From Tubulanus polymorphus (taxonomy: Eukaryota; Animalia; Nemertea): a stretch of 64,000 nucleotides of DNA. Where the stretch lies: assembly GCF_964204645.1 (NCBI RefSeq), contig NC_134035.1:4774001-4838000 (forward strand), in the 5' to 3' direction. The notes beneath the pieces are model-generated. The model made no database searches. It worked only from the letters and a program-made list of their open reading frames with translations, and was not told where the DNA came from. The position numbers were made by a program, and so were the translations under genes. This document shows, piece after piece, positions 1 through 12,351 of this stretch (position 1 is the first letter of the stretch; each line of letters starts with the position of its first letter).

Positions 1-363
1 ATATATATAAACTTTTTATACAGTACCTTGGATATTGGATGATCTAAGCTACAGTTCACCCCCAAACTTCAAATACGAGCCCCTGTGGCCTAAATACTAT
101 ATAGGCCCTAAAGTACCATTTAGTACCATTTTGCTGCCAAAAATAAGATTTTCAGGATTTGGATAGGTGGAATCAATATAGGGCCTATTTCATTGCTGGT
201 CAGTGAAAAGAGAATGCAGTTTAGTTAGTAACCCGACCGCAGCTTGTTGGTAGCGGACTGGGCTGCAGTTTAGTCAATAACTGTTAAATTTGGTGACTAT
301 TATCTCTGCTAGGGGCCTATATACAAGAAGATAGGCGTAATCTTTGTTTCTTTCTTCAGACGA

Positions 364-3300
364 ATGTCTTCGATAATGGACGAAAGCCGATTTCACATGA
401 TGGATCATATGCTCGATTTGAAAACGCCGAGCCCTTACGACACGCGTCACACGCCGAGCCCGATCTTCAAAACACCCGGAAAATATGTGTCTCTCAGTCA
501 AAACAGTCCTCGGTAAGAAATTAAACTGATGAAACTGTAGGACTAAGGTTTAGAAGGTAGCGACTACATGTAGGCTCTTTTTTTACCCCACAGTCAATAG
601 CCTCTGATAGTTGCTCGCCCCTAGTTCAAATATTCTCTTAACAACATCCTCGCTTGCCAGGGTTTGATTCGTGAGTTTCAGCGGGCGGCAATCAAACCCT
701 GGCAAGCGAGGATGCTTTACAAGGGATAGGGAGAGCGCCCCGACCCTGTTCCGACTGCCTCGAGATTCGGTACTTCAAAGAATTTATTGATCCCGCGAGA
801 TCCGAAGCAAGCAGAGTCTACCGTGTCAGACTGTACTGATAACCAAATTTCAGTAATTTGACCGTGTTAATTTCGCTTTTAGGTATAAAACGACTCCCGG
901 TGGTAACCGCGCGTTGACTACTCCGAAAAGACGTTTGAACGCGGCCTCCGCGATGTACAACCCTTTTGAGAACCACACGGTCGATTTCTTGCATTTGCCT
1001 ACGTTCAGCCCGAATGTATTTTCGAAAGGAACTTCGACGCCGAGCCGGTCAGATTCGGTAAGTATATCAGCTCTTTTGAACTGCTCAAATCAGGATTCAA
1101 ACCTTATTTGTCGAGATTGAATGAATCACTAAGTCGCCGCATTATCTTACCACAGTCCAATTCTTTAACCCTGATTTGATGATTCCAGTGGAAGACCAAT
1201 GGCTTAATTCCACAGGTCAATGAAAACCAGGGAATTCTGACTCTTTCTTAAAAATCTGAGGGATATATCAGAGAATTTGAATTTGTGGATATTAAGTGGC
1301 ACGAGGAACATCTTGATAAAAACAGCCCCCACTGAGGATATCTTAAAATTTGACCAGTGATTTTTAATTTTTAGTGTCTTGTTGTTCTGACTGGTAATAA
1401 GTGACACAAGGAACTGCTCCTCTTGATATGAATCAGCCCCCACTGCGGATATCGCATAATTTGATTAGGGAGTTTGAATTTTGGTGTCTTGTTAATCGAG
1501 AAATTTTGTTATCAATGGTCTGGGAGATATCAGGGGTTCCCTGATCTGTAAAACATTAACAGAAGTCTCAACTGTTATGATGATGATAATAATAATAATA
1601 ACAATAATAATAATGATACGTGTCTTATTAACTTATATAGCGCTAAATCCAGCGTATAAAAACCACTCAGCGCGCTTCACGTAAAAGCCTCATGTAGCTT
1701 CCAACAAACTTGAATCCTTGATCGAAGGGAAAGCAGTGGGAGGCGTAGGCTATGTCTGAATCATCGCTAGTGCGTCGGGTTATTCAAAATTTCTAACTCG
1801 TCTCGATTTTTTTCGCAGACGCCACAAAAGTTCCGCTGGTCGATCGATCAACAAGCGTTGTTACATCCGGCTGATATCGATGAGATGCCTCATCATCAAT
1901 TAAACCTCATCTCCGTGTAAGTTTCAGGTCGAATACGATTAAAAACTGATTCCCGGGTTAGATAATCTTAGTTGTTGTAAAGACGACTGATATTTGTCTG
2001 ATTAATAATATTTAGAGAATCCTACAATAATAACATATGAAACATATTTAGTACCACAATGTTTCCTTGAGCTAGTAGCTTTTTTTTTATTCAACGCTTC
2101 AACTACATTTTAACGGTCATCTTCAGGAATACTGAATATTAGAATATAGTCGAAACATTGAATAAACTACGTACTAGCTCAAGGAAACATTTTTGGACTT
2201 TGTATTGTTTATTTGTTATTGTTGAAGGATTCTCTATATATTATCGGCACAACACAGATATAGCTATTTTACCAATGGTTTTGTCTTTGGTTTTAGAGAT
2301 GATGAAAATACCGAATACATGGCTCAACAAGCGATCGACACATTTTTCACGAGTAATATGATCGCGCCTTCACCGTGGTCAGAAACGAACAAAACAGTGT
2401 CGAGAATGAACGAAGGTAAAACGCTTTCTCCGTCGTCCGTAAGAGATTTCACTGAGAATGCTTTTAATTGTTTGGAGGAAAGAGAAATATAGACTTCTTG
2501 TTTTGATATTGCTGTAGATATGAAAGTCGAGGCTAGTTGTAAAGACACGTCTGGCAATAGAAGCCAAACTAACAGTTCAACTACGAGCAACAAAAAGGAC
2601 GGTATGTATGACTTCTTACAACAGATCACTGGATCAAAAATAGACTCAACAACTGTTCATCCACGCTTCGCATGTGTTCAGGACCTAACCTAAGATATCT
2701 ATAATTGAAAATGAACTAGGGCCTCCAAACACTTGACATTAGACATTTTATCTGCACACTTTCAAAAACCGATCGTCCACACTTCACATGTGTTCAGTAG
2801 GCCTACTTCACCTGAGACATTTCTAATTGAAAATGAAATATGCAAACACAAGACATTAGCGGTTTTATCAGTTCACATCCAAAAACTGAACATCTACACT
2901 TCACATGTGTTCAGGACTTCATCTGAGACATGTTTAATTAAAAATGAACAACAAACATTGGACATTTGGCGTGTTTGTTTTTCAGTTGGTTGTCAGACGA
3001 CGCTCACAATACCCAGTGATATCGACGTGCAATCAATACTCGGTGAATTCTTCACATATATCCAGGAAGAACTGGCCGCGTCTGGATCGGACGTGCTCAG
3101 CATTTCGACGCTCCGGCGCAAACTATTCTTTAACGGTGGCGACTTTAAACGCGAAGGATCCGCGACAAGGTACGACGTTTATTCAATTTGAGAAACTTTC
3201 TAAAACTATTCCCGGTTTGATCGCTGTGACATTGAACTGTAAATACAGTAATGCCTTAGGTGATGAATTGTATTTTATTTTTGTTTGCACTCTACTTGAT

Positions 3301-6300
3301 GAAATCCGTGAAAACCATCTACATTTGAATACTTTTTGTAACTTAAAAACAAATCCAACAACCCAGTTTGCTAAATTCATTAAAATAGGCTTAGATGTAT
3401 AGGAACCCTCAAAAAGTTAATATATTGTGACATGTATCGTTAATAAGTTTGTTATAGGCCTATTTATTTTATAGTCTCCCTCTAAGGAAATGGTTGTAGT
3501 GTAAATAAATTCCTAATTGCTGACGTGTTTTGTTTCAGTGGATCGAGTTTGAAGACGATGTCAACCGATCATTCACCGTCAGTTTCACCGTTACGTGGTA
3601 CAACACCAGAAAAACACAGTCCAATCGTAACTCCTGCATCTGTAAGTTCGTTAAAAACGGCGTTTTCTTTAATTGAAACAATCTAGATGTCAGGACTTAG
3701 TTGGAGACATATTTGATAAACCATTTTGGAATCCGTCCAATTTGGAAATCCGTTAAGTGTCACTTGCTTTGCATAAATGCTCAAAAACTACTTTTGCCCC
3801 AGCCTTAAAACTTGGAACTTCGCTTTTAATTGGTAACTCATTTGTCAACTTTTCGATCTCTTTTCTTGTCTCGTAAATCGGCTGAAATTTTCATTCATTT
3901 CTCGTTATTGCTTTCAGACGCAGTTTTCGTCTAGTCCTATAGCGTCGATTCACAGAAGCGCTAGTCCGGCGTATCGACGCGGTTCGTTCGAGTTTACGGA
4001 ACACCTCTCTTCACCGGAATTATCACCGATTAATACTCCCGTATCGAAACAAAACAGATATCCGCTAACCGGTAAATATTACAACTCTGATTCTATTCTG
4101 TTAGCACATTTTCAGAAGCTGATCGTCCACACTTCACATGTGTTCAGTACTTCATCCTGAGACATTTTAAATTGAAAATGGACTAAAAATAAATACAAAC
4201 TCCAGACATTAGCCATTTTATCAGCGCACTTTCAAAAACTAATCATCCACGCTTCACATATATTCAGTACTTCATTTGAGACATTTTAAATTGAAAATGG
4301 ACTACAAAAAAATACAAACACTAGACATTAGACATTTTATCAGTGCACTTTCAAAAACTAATCATCAACACTTCACATGTGTTCAGTACTTCATCTGAGA
4401 CATTTTAAATTGAAAATGGACTACAAAAAAATACAAACACTAGACATTAGACATTTTATCAGTGCACTTTCAAAAACAAATCATCAACACTTCACATGTG
4501 TTCAGTACTTCATCTGAGACATTTTAAATTGAAAATGGACTAAAAATAAATACAAACTCCAGACATTAGACATTTTATCAGCGCACTTTCAAAAACTAAT
4601 CATCCACGCTTCACATGTATTCAGTACTTCATTTGAGACATTTTAAATTGAAAATGGACTACAAAAAAATACAAACACTAGACATTAGACATTTTATCAG
4701 TGCACTTTCAAAAACTAATCATCAACACTTCACATGTGTTCAGTACTTCATCTGAGACATTTTAAATTGAAAATGGACTACAAAAAAATACAAACACTAG
4801 ACATTAGACATTTTATCAGTGCACTTTCAAAAACAAATCATCAACACTTCACATGTGTTCAGTACTTCATCTGAGACATTTTAAATTGAAAATGGACTAC
4901 AAAAAAATACAAACACTAGACATTAGACATTTTATCAGTGCACTTTCAAAAACAAATCATCAACACTTCACATGTGTTCAGTACTTCATTTGAGACATTT
5001 TAAATAAAGAATGAACTACAAACATTAGACATTTTATCGGCGTACTTTCAAAAGCTGATCATCTGCGCTTCACATATGTTCAAGATTTCATCTGAGACAT
5101 TTGTAATTGAAAATGAGCAAACACTAGAAATAGGACATTTTATCGGCAAGCTTTCTAAAGCTGATCATCTGCGCTTCACATATGTTCAAGATTTCATCTG
5201 AGACATTTGTAATTGAAAATGAGCAAACACTAGAAATAGGACATTTTATCGGCACGCTTTCAAAAACTGATCTTCTGCACATCACATGGGATCAGAACTT
5301 TGCCCTTAAGTCAAATTCAACGAAACATTTATCCTAATTATACATGTGTTTGTTGTTTTAGCTTCTGCCGTGCGACGGTTGGACGTCGAAACGTTGTTCG
5401 GTTCAGCTCATGGCAGTAATATATCTCCATCCTGCGGCCGACCGAGTATCAGTCCGGATTTATCACCAATTGCCAATGACGAAAAACAACCCAAATCAGG
5501 TACCATTTATATTCCATATATTTACAACCATCCACAGTGACTTAGTATTTCAAGAGTTAGAGAATATGGTTGCATATCTGGGGTGGATTTCGACTTGTTC
5601 CAAAATACAGGCCCCAGTAACTGGTATAACCTTTAACCCAGGGACCAGTTGCATAGTCATGACTTAGACTTAAGACCAGTGAAAGACCAACTTAGTACTG
5701 TAGCCAATGCAACAATTGAAGACAAGTCTTAACATTTAAGACGTCTCATGGACTTAAGCCACAACTGGGCCCTGGGGCCAGTTCCAAAATTGGTTTTCTC
5801 AAGACTGGTCTTAAGCTGTTAGATTGGCTAGCCTATAGAACTAAGACTGGTCTTAAGTCTAAGCCATGACTATTCAACCGGCTCCTGGGGCTAACTCAAT
5901 TGATAATGAATAGAGTTACCCCCGGCTTAAAGTGAGTTACGGTCTATAAAACTGGCCACAGTTCCATTCTCAGACCTGGTGTAAGACACTGGTGGCGGTT
6001 TATCCGGGGCAGTATACCGACAGTCAACGGTTTCATATTTGATTTTGTCGTAAATTAGATCTGATTTCATTTTCAGTTGAAAAAGACTTTGCGTCGAAAA
6101 CTCGTACACGCATCGAATTCGGCGCGAGCCCGAAAACCGACGTCGTCGATAGCGGCGGTGATACGAGAAACGAGTCGGCCGCGATGATGGACGTGTCCGG
6201 TTTCCAGGATCTGGTTACGGCGACGACGAAGGCAGACGCACCTCAATGGCCGTGGGGTCTGTCGACGATACGCGAGACGTCGATCAACGAATCCGAGTTG

Positions 6301-6831
6301 ACGAACGCCGTTTCGAAATCGTCGACCAACCATGATACCGGATACCAGACGGGCAGTTTGCAGTCGGCGACCGATTTGACCAATCAGATGGGTAGTTTGC
6401 CGTTGTCGAGTCGCGATTGCACCATGGCCGACGATACGGAACTCGACGGCTCCGAGGGAATCCCCGTCGAGAGCGGCGTCCCGACGAACCGTCCGACGGT
6501 GGAAGGCGGCGGCGGCGTCGACGATTTTAAACGTACGAACGTTTTTCGATTGTTCGCGAATTGCGGTCAACAAACCAACGTTCAGTTCGTGCAGCACCAG
6601 AACGCGTTTCAACAACAGCAACAACCGTTTCAGAATAAACTCTACCCGGGGACTACGTTTTCGGGTTACTGCCATGCGGCAGCGGCCACCAGGGCGGCGT
6701 TGGCCGTATCGAACCCGGCGGCGGCGTGCATGAATACGTCCGGCGGTCCGGTGATCGCGTGGAATCCGGTCGGTTCGTCGACGCCCGAGAAATTAAACCA
6801 GTTACAATCGATAGACGTGCAAATCGACTAA
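364..6831 (+). CDS. BORA: Protein aurora borealis (Aurora-A activator / PLK1 cofactor), 9 coding exons
   Basis: Phase-consistent GT-AG exons: 364-512, 883-1057, 1819-1916, 2297-2601, 2986-3169, 3539-3641, 3918-4071, 5362-5499, 6077-6831. The translation has Bora N-terminal motifs in the expected order: YNPFE..FSPNVF, TPQKFRWSIDQ, AQQAIDTFF..IAPSPW, GCQTTLTIP..ILGEFF, STLRRKLFF, QFSSSPI. A C-terminal DTGYQT resembles the degron. The acceptor at 359 implies an upstream 5'UTR exon. Confidence 0.93.
645..714. mobile_element. 70-bp hairpin mini-MITE
   Basis: Perfect 25-bp inverted arms (645-669, 690-714; CATCCTCGCTTGCCAGGGTTTGATT), flanked by CTTAACAA and CTTTACAA (8-bp TSD-like, 1 mismatch). Confidence 0.6.
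2058..2278. mobile_element. Penelope-like element terminal-repeat remnant (inverted pair)
   Basis: An inverted partial copy (minus-strand TATTCCTGAAGATGAC..GAAGCGTTGAATA) sits beside a forward copy (GTCGAAACATTGAATAAACTAC..CTAGCTCAAGG). The same family occurs at 31243-32640. Confidence 0.6.
4085..5290. repeat. ~119-bp tandem repeat (about 10 units) in a BORA intron; dispersed family
   Basis: The unit AGACATTAGACATTTTATCAGTGCACTTTCAAAA...TTGAAAATGGACTAC recurs at 4203, 4323, 4442, 4561, 4680, 4799 and 4918. Related shorter arrays lie at ~2660-2965, ~37560-37750 (minus) and ~49350-49740. Confidence 0.9.
5611..5957. mobile_element. Nested CWG-TSD MITEs: two family-B copies inserted inside a family-A MITE
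   Basis: B copies lie at 5642-5771 and 5775-5884, bounded by CAG/CTG. The flanks rejoin to match intact family-A copies at ~55103-55211 and ~46172-46282. Confidence 0.7.
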
Positions 6832-8434
6832 CATAATGATTGACGGTAGTAAACTCCGCCCATTTCTCAGCGGAACTTGAATCTGTGAAACATGGATTGG
6901 AAATTGATTCGATGAAATGAGAGAATTTTGTGGGAAGTGCTAGATATATTTAAATGAAACCTGAAACCAAAACTGCATTTTCCATGTGGAGTTGAGATGA
7001 TTTAACAGGTTATGAGTGTAAGGAGTCTACTGTTACTAGTGGAGAAGTAAAATGGAAATAAAGCCAAAAATAACGCATCTGTTAATTGATTGGTACGGGT
7101 CGACAGTTTACTATTACAGGCAGCACGAGTCGAAAATAAATCGAATTTCTCCTATGTTCATTCGTTGTGGCGTTTAAACAGGGTCCCTACGACTCCTTGA
7201 TTGCTTGAAAACTCATTCTAAACCAGAAATGTTTTTCAAGTCCTTGAATATCCTTGGATTTGAACTAAAAATGCCCAAAAGTCCTTGAAAATAACTTGCA
7301 TTTTGAGAAATGGGCAATTAGAATTTGTTCGGATTTATGCTTACTTATACGAACAGATTCCACTGAATTAAATGGTATACTTAGAATACAGTACCCATTT
7401 TAGGTGGAGTCTACAGTAATCGGGATATGAAAAAAGTGCAGACCCTCCTCGACATTTGAAGTTTTCTCCTTGAAAACTCCTTATATCCAGGAATGACTGA
7501 TCTGTAGGGACCTGTGAGAAATTTTGCTGGGTATAAGTAGGTAAAGTCATTTTATTAACCAGACATTTGTGGAACTAGGTCGGCTAAAGTCTTACTCAGT
7601 GGTAGACTCAGTTCTACAGATGTGGTTAGATTTCGTTCTTGGAGATGAAATGAGTTGATTTTTTATATTGCGCGAGTCTGATATCGACTAGAACTCAGTT
7701 TTATTCGTTCAGAATTATCGTGATTACCGATATTCTTATAGCGCGCAATTTTTTTCTGAATAACGTTTTGTATTGGTTTTGATTTTTTTCTTTTTATGTG
7801 AATGAATAAAGATTTATATATATTGATATTTGTAAAAAAAAAAAAACGTAAGTCGTTTGTATTTTTTGTTCTTAAAACCGCAGTTGTGGAGTTCAGTATT
7901 TGCATCGATTCTCTATCTATTTCTAGATAAATCGAATAACTTGCAAAGTTAGATAGAAAACCTCTCGGCAACTTTTCTTTTAATTGACGAACGGTTCGAA
8001 GAATCTTAGTTATTTTCGCTTCGGGGGAATGTTCGTGAAATTACACAAGGACAAAGTGTGGTTATAGTTTTTTGTTTTAAGAGCAGGTGGGAGCTCTTCC
8101 ATCGGCTGTGATGCATACACCCACAAGAATCTACTCCCCTAGAAAACTTCACCCGCTCTCAATCTCTCTTAGTAGAGTGTTATATGAAACACTACCCGGT
8201 GACTATCTTTACATAGCGCGTTGCTGGTAAATTTAGAACGTATTTTCTGTGTACGAACACAGAGTTTGGAGCGGGAGAGTGGCTGATATACTGAGCGTTC
8301 ACCGCCGGAGCGAGGAATTCCTTCCCCCCTCTCTCATACACACCTCGTGCTTGCTTTATACACTGTCTGTGCCCGACAACATTGACGACCTTGTCTTACC
8401 GCGGATCTCGTGTGTAATTTAAACGCTTATCAGC

Positions 8435-11400
8435 ATGACTACGATGGCAGTGACATTGCAGCGACACGACAAGCTACAGCCGTGGGGCTTCAGGCTCCAG
8501 GGAGGTCGAGACTTTAGGATGGCGCTTTCGATAAAAAAGGTAAATGCTTCGTTTACGATCAACAAGTTGTTTATGCAAACCGTATTTGACTTTCGTTTCA
8601 GAGGGGGTTGGCGGATCCAGCTGAGTTTCTATACATTTTCATTAATTCAACTAGATTAATGGCTTCAAATTCGGGCCTATTTTACTTACTATAATAAACG
8701 ATGGCCTGTCAATAATTGGTACAGGGTATGGATTAAATTGGAAGGTCTTGGCATCCAAAGAAGATGAAATGTAAAACAGAATTGAAATAGATGCTAAATA
8801 CGGTAGAAGCTCGTTACAGCTAACTTCATGGGACCAGAAAATGTTGTTATAACCGATAGTTCGTTAAATCCAGTATGAAGTGTTTCTTTTTACTTGGAAT
8901 GAAATTCTATATTTGTAATATCCGATGAATGCTTGTATCAGAGTTCGTTGCAACGAGGTTCCACTGTAATTCGTTGCAAATTAGATGGCATTTACTTCAC
9001 AATTTTGAAAATCGTCCAATAGATATTGTTCTGTAGTGACAAATTAGGGAGTGTGGGGTCCACCAAACTGCAAAAAATTATTTATAATGTACATTTTTTA
9101 CATCTGGGAACAAAATTATTGGTTTTGCCTCCTCCGGTGCCCTACGCTACTTTTATTACATTTAGAAATATCATTTTTTGAATTATGAAATGTATGGGTA
9201 ATTTGTAGTATTTCAGAATTATTTCATCATACGTATTGCCTTAGTATAACTACTGGTTGTTTTAGGGTTACCCGCTAATGTTACGATCAACTACGTAATT
9301 CTGAATAAATATCCACGTAATTCTGTCGTAGATTTATTCAGAAATGATATAAATATTGGAAGTAATATAAACGTTGCATTTCAATACGTTTCCGCAGTAT
9401 TCAATGGTGCAATGTTTGTCACTATTTGTGGCGAAAAATAGGTGTCAATCAATTTATAATTCGTGTAACGCTTTACGTAATAAAAACGAACACGGATTGA
9501 GTAAATAAACAACGGGTTGATGTAATATAAAATCCACGCGTCAATTAACCGAGGCCGATCTAATTAAGACGTCTCAATAGTAGCTCTATTTAAAAGTGTT
9601 TCTATTATACGGTAATATCAAATGCCACGGGAGCTAACGATCCAGCCGCCGGTTAGAATTCCACACCTCATCAATAACAGCATAACACCAGCAGCCACCA
9701 TCGTGATATCACAACATAACATAACATTTTCATGAATTCATAGCGCATTGTACCTGAATTGGAAAAAAAAGAAGTATCAGTTCGTTTCCACGATCATAAT
9801 TTAAAACGTCTTAGAATCCGGCTTGGTCCTTAGATAGGCCTATACCGCATACCAAGTTTCAGAAAGATCGAAAGATGAAAATTCTAGACACAAGAAGCAA
9901 TTGATAAAAAGTATGACATTTACCCCTGTACAGTGCCCCCTGGGGGACATATCAGAAAAAATGACCACTGTTCTGTAGGCCTTTGTTCCATAGATATGTC
10001 ACCAAATTTCAGATAGATTGGATGGCAATTCTGGGAATATCAGCCATTTGACAGATGGGGACATTTTTTGTCCTCATGGACTTTTTGTCCCTTCCGACCC
10101 ACAGGACAAAAATGTCCCATCTGAAACATCCATCAACTTTTGCTTTACATTGCTAGAAGTCCTAGAATTTCTGAAACTGAATTTCTGAATTTCTGATCTT
10201 TCTGAAACTCGGTACGTGGTATCACTAGACCTAGGGCTACAGAATTATGGAGAACGTTTTCCCTTTGTCCCCCAGGGGTGCTGTTCAGGGGGGTTAAATG
10301 TAATATTTTTTGAATTGTTACTTCTAGAGGATTCTTCCGATTGTTCTGAAACTTAGTATGTTGCGTCATGACTCTTTATTCTAGAGTTCATGGTTGTATC
10401 TATGGCCAAGGCCAACAGAAATACAGGGTTTTTATTCGGATGTGTCCTTCAGGGGGCGCTGAACATGGGTATGCGATATTACTCAAGTCCTACATTTCCA
10501 TCCAATCATTCTGAATCTTGGTATGATGTATCTATAAATTGACCAAAGCCTACGATTCTATTGAGCTGTTTCTGATTCGTTGCTTGCGAGTTCAATGAAA
10601 TAATCCATTTGAAGTGTTAACCAAATTCAACATTTTTTGACGCAGCCGAACGCTATTCGGAGTGTGGGCGGATGGGTGAATGATAAAGAAAAGAAATGTT
10701 AATTGATGAAAAGTTAACGCAGACGGAACGCTTTCGGCTCCGGTTGTACACGTCTTAGCGAGCGGTTTATACGTCATTATATCGGAGAATAATACGAAGA
10801 ATGCTACGAATGCTATGCATTATTTTTACAAACTGAGGTGAACCACCAGTTCTGATCTTCCAAACAGAGTGATAGCTAGAGATGCAGTATGTTTGTTCGT
10901 CTGGAACGGTGGCGATTCCCCTTATACTTCGTGTGTAGGATTTTAGAATAAGGAAATCTTTTTAGTTAGAATCAGAGATCATAATATGTAAAACCCGATA
11001 TTGATTTCGAGAAGGAAAATGCCCAGGGGGCTATATTAGAGCTTTCAGAATTTTCTTTGTTTTCGGGGAATTGTGGCGCACTGTGAAATGACGATTGTCA
11101 TATGTTAACAATAGCCCGATATATCGGTTTATAGGTTTTTTGCGTATGAGACCACTTCATAATTCATTCATATTTTATGCGTTGTGAATTATATACTTGA
11201 GCTAAACTCAAGCTGAAGGGTTTTTCCATTGCTACCGATCGAAGTTTGAAAATAGTCACAGGATTTTTAGATATTCGGGGTTCACCCAAAACTAAAAGAA
11301 ATAAGCCTGCCGTTCCATTCTTTTCATTTCAAGATTATGTTAAGGTGAGGAACTGCCATCAACTGGAAAATTCTCCAGAGCTGAAATGGTGTCCCCCAAG

Positions 11401-12351
11401 CCTTCGGTAATGATCAATACTTATGTGTTACTGATTCTCTTCATAATTATTTTCTTTTAGGTGGAATTGAATTCGCCGGCTCATGGATATATAGGGCCTG
11501 GAGATATGATTTTAGGTATAGGAAATATCGACGCCTCTCAACTGACGCACGTACAAGCGCAAACAGCCATCAAACAACAAGGAAATGTTCTACATCTTAC
11601 CGTTAGAAAGTAAGTAAAAATCCACCATCAGAGTACAGTGATACAACGAACTTCAGGAGACTGCAAAATCTGTTCATTGACACATGATACAGTGGAATTA
11701 ACCTCGTTACAACGAACTTCAGGAGACCGGAAAATACGTTCGTTATAACTGATAGTGCGTTGCATCCAGTGTGAAATTGATTTAGTTTAGATCGTCTTTT
11801 TTGGATAAAATTCTCAGTTTGTAATACCCAGATACGTAAATTGTTTTGTCCGAGTTTTTTATAACGAAGTTTAACGTATAGTATCTTCAAAATCATTGTG
11901 ATTTTTGATTATTGTGATAGATCCATTAAAAGTATTACGCACTGCTAGAAGCCCCCTTTTCTGTATACTCAACGGGCTTTGGACTCAGTCTATCCTTTCT
12001 CTCTGCCAAATTTTGATAGACACTGTAAATCATATTTTCTTATCGGAAATATCTCTATCACTTTTGAGTTTTATGCGGGATCAACAAGTGCTCCGTCTGG
12101 TAATAACGAATACATCTGTACATACAGAAATGGCAGACGATTTCATAACGATGAAAAGCGTCGTATATTTTTTGCCTATTATTCAACTTCAGCTGTTTTA
12201 CACATCACTGTGGTGATGTGTATTTCGGTCTTAAGTAATTAACGTATGTTCCATTCTATATTTCAGGGGCGGAGTTTTGGAACCACCCAATCTGAAACCG
12301 CGTGGACCAGTGAAGTTCTCCGCCTACACGGCGTCTCAATTTAAATTCTGA
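8435..12351 (+). CDS. Small PDZ-only protein of the Zasp/ALP/Enigma (PDLIM) type, 112 aa, 3 exons
   Basis: Exons 8435-8539, 11461-11609 and 12267-12351 join in frame: MTTMAVTLQRHDKLQPWGFRLQGGRDFRMALSIKK/VELNSPAHGYIGPGDMILGIGNIDASQLTHVQAQTAIKQQGNVLHLTVRK/GGVLEPPNLKPRGPVKFSAYTASQFKF*. PWGFRLQGG is the PDLIM-family PDZ signature. Confidence 0.88.
8801..8966. mobile_element. Tc1/mariner (pogo/Tigger-like) MITE with TA TSD
   Basis: TA|CGGTAGAAGCTCGTTACA...TGCAACGAGGTTCCACTG|TA. Relatives at ~11690-11880, 40057-40230 and ~41670. Confidence 0.7.

Noticed and set aside
6073-6675. 200-aa minus-strand ORF; likewise the + ORFs at 34907-35755 and 42992-43522
   Set aside because: They are antisense shadows of GC-rich BORA, GPCR and SCYL2 exons.
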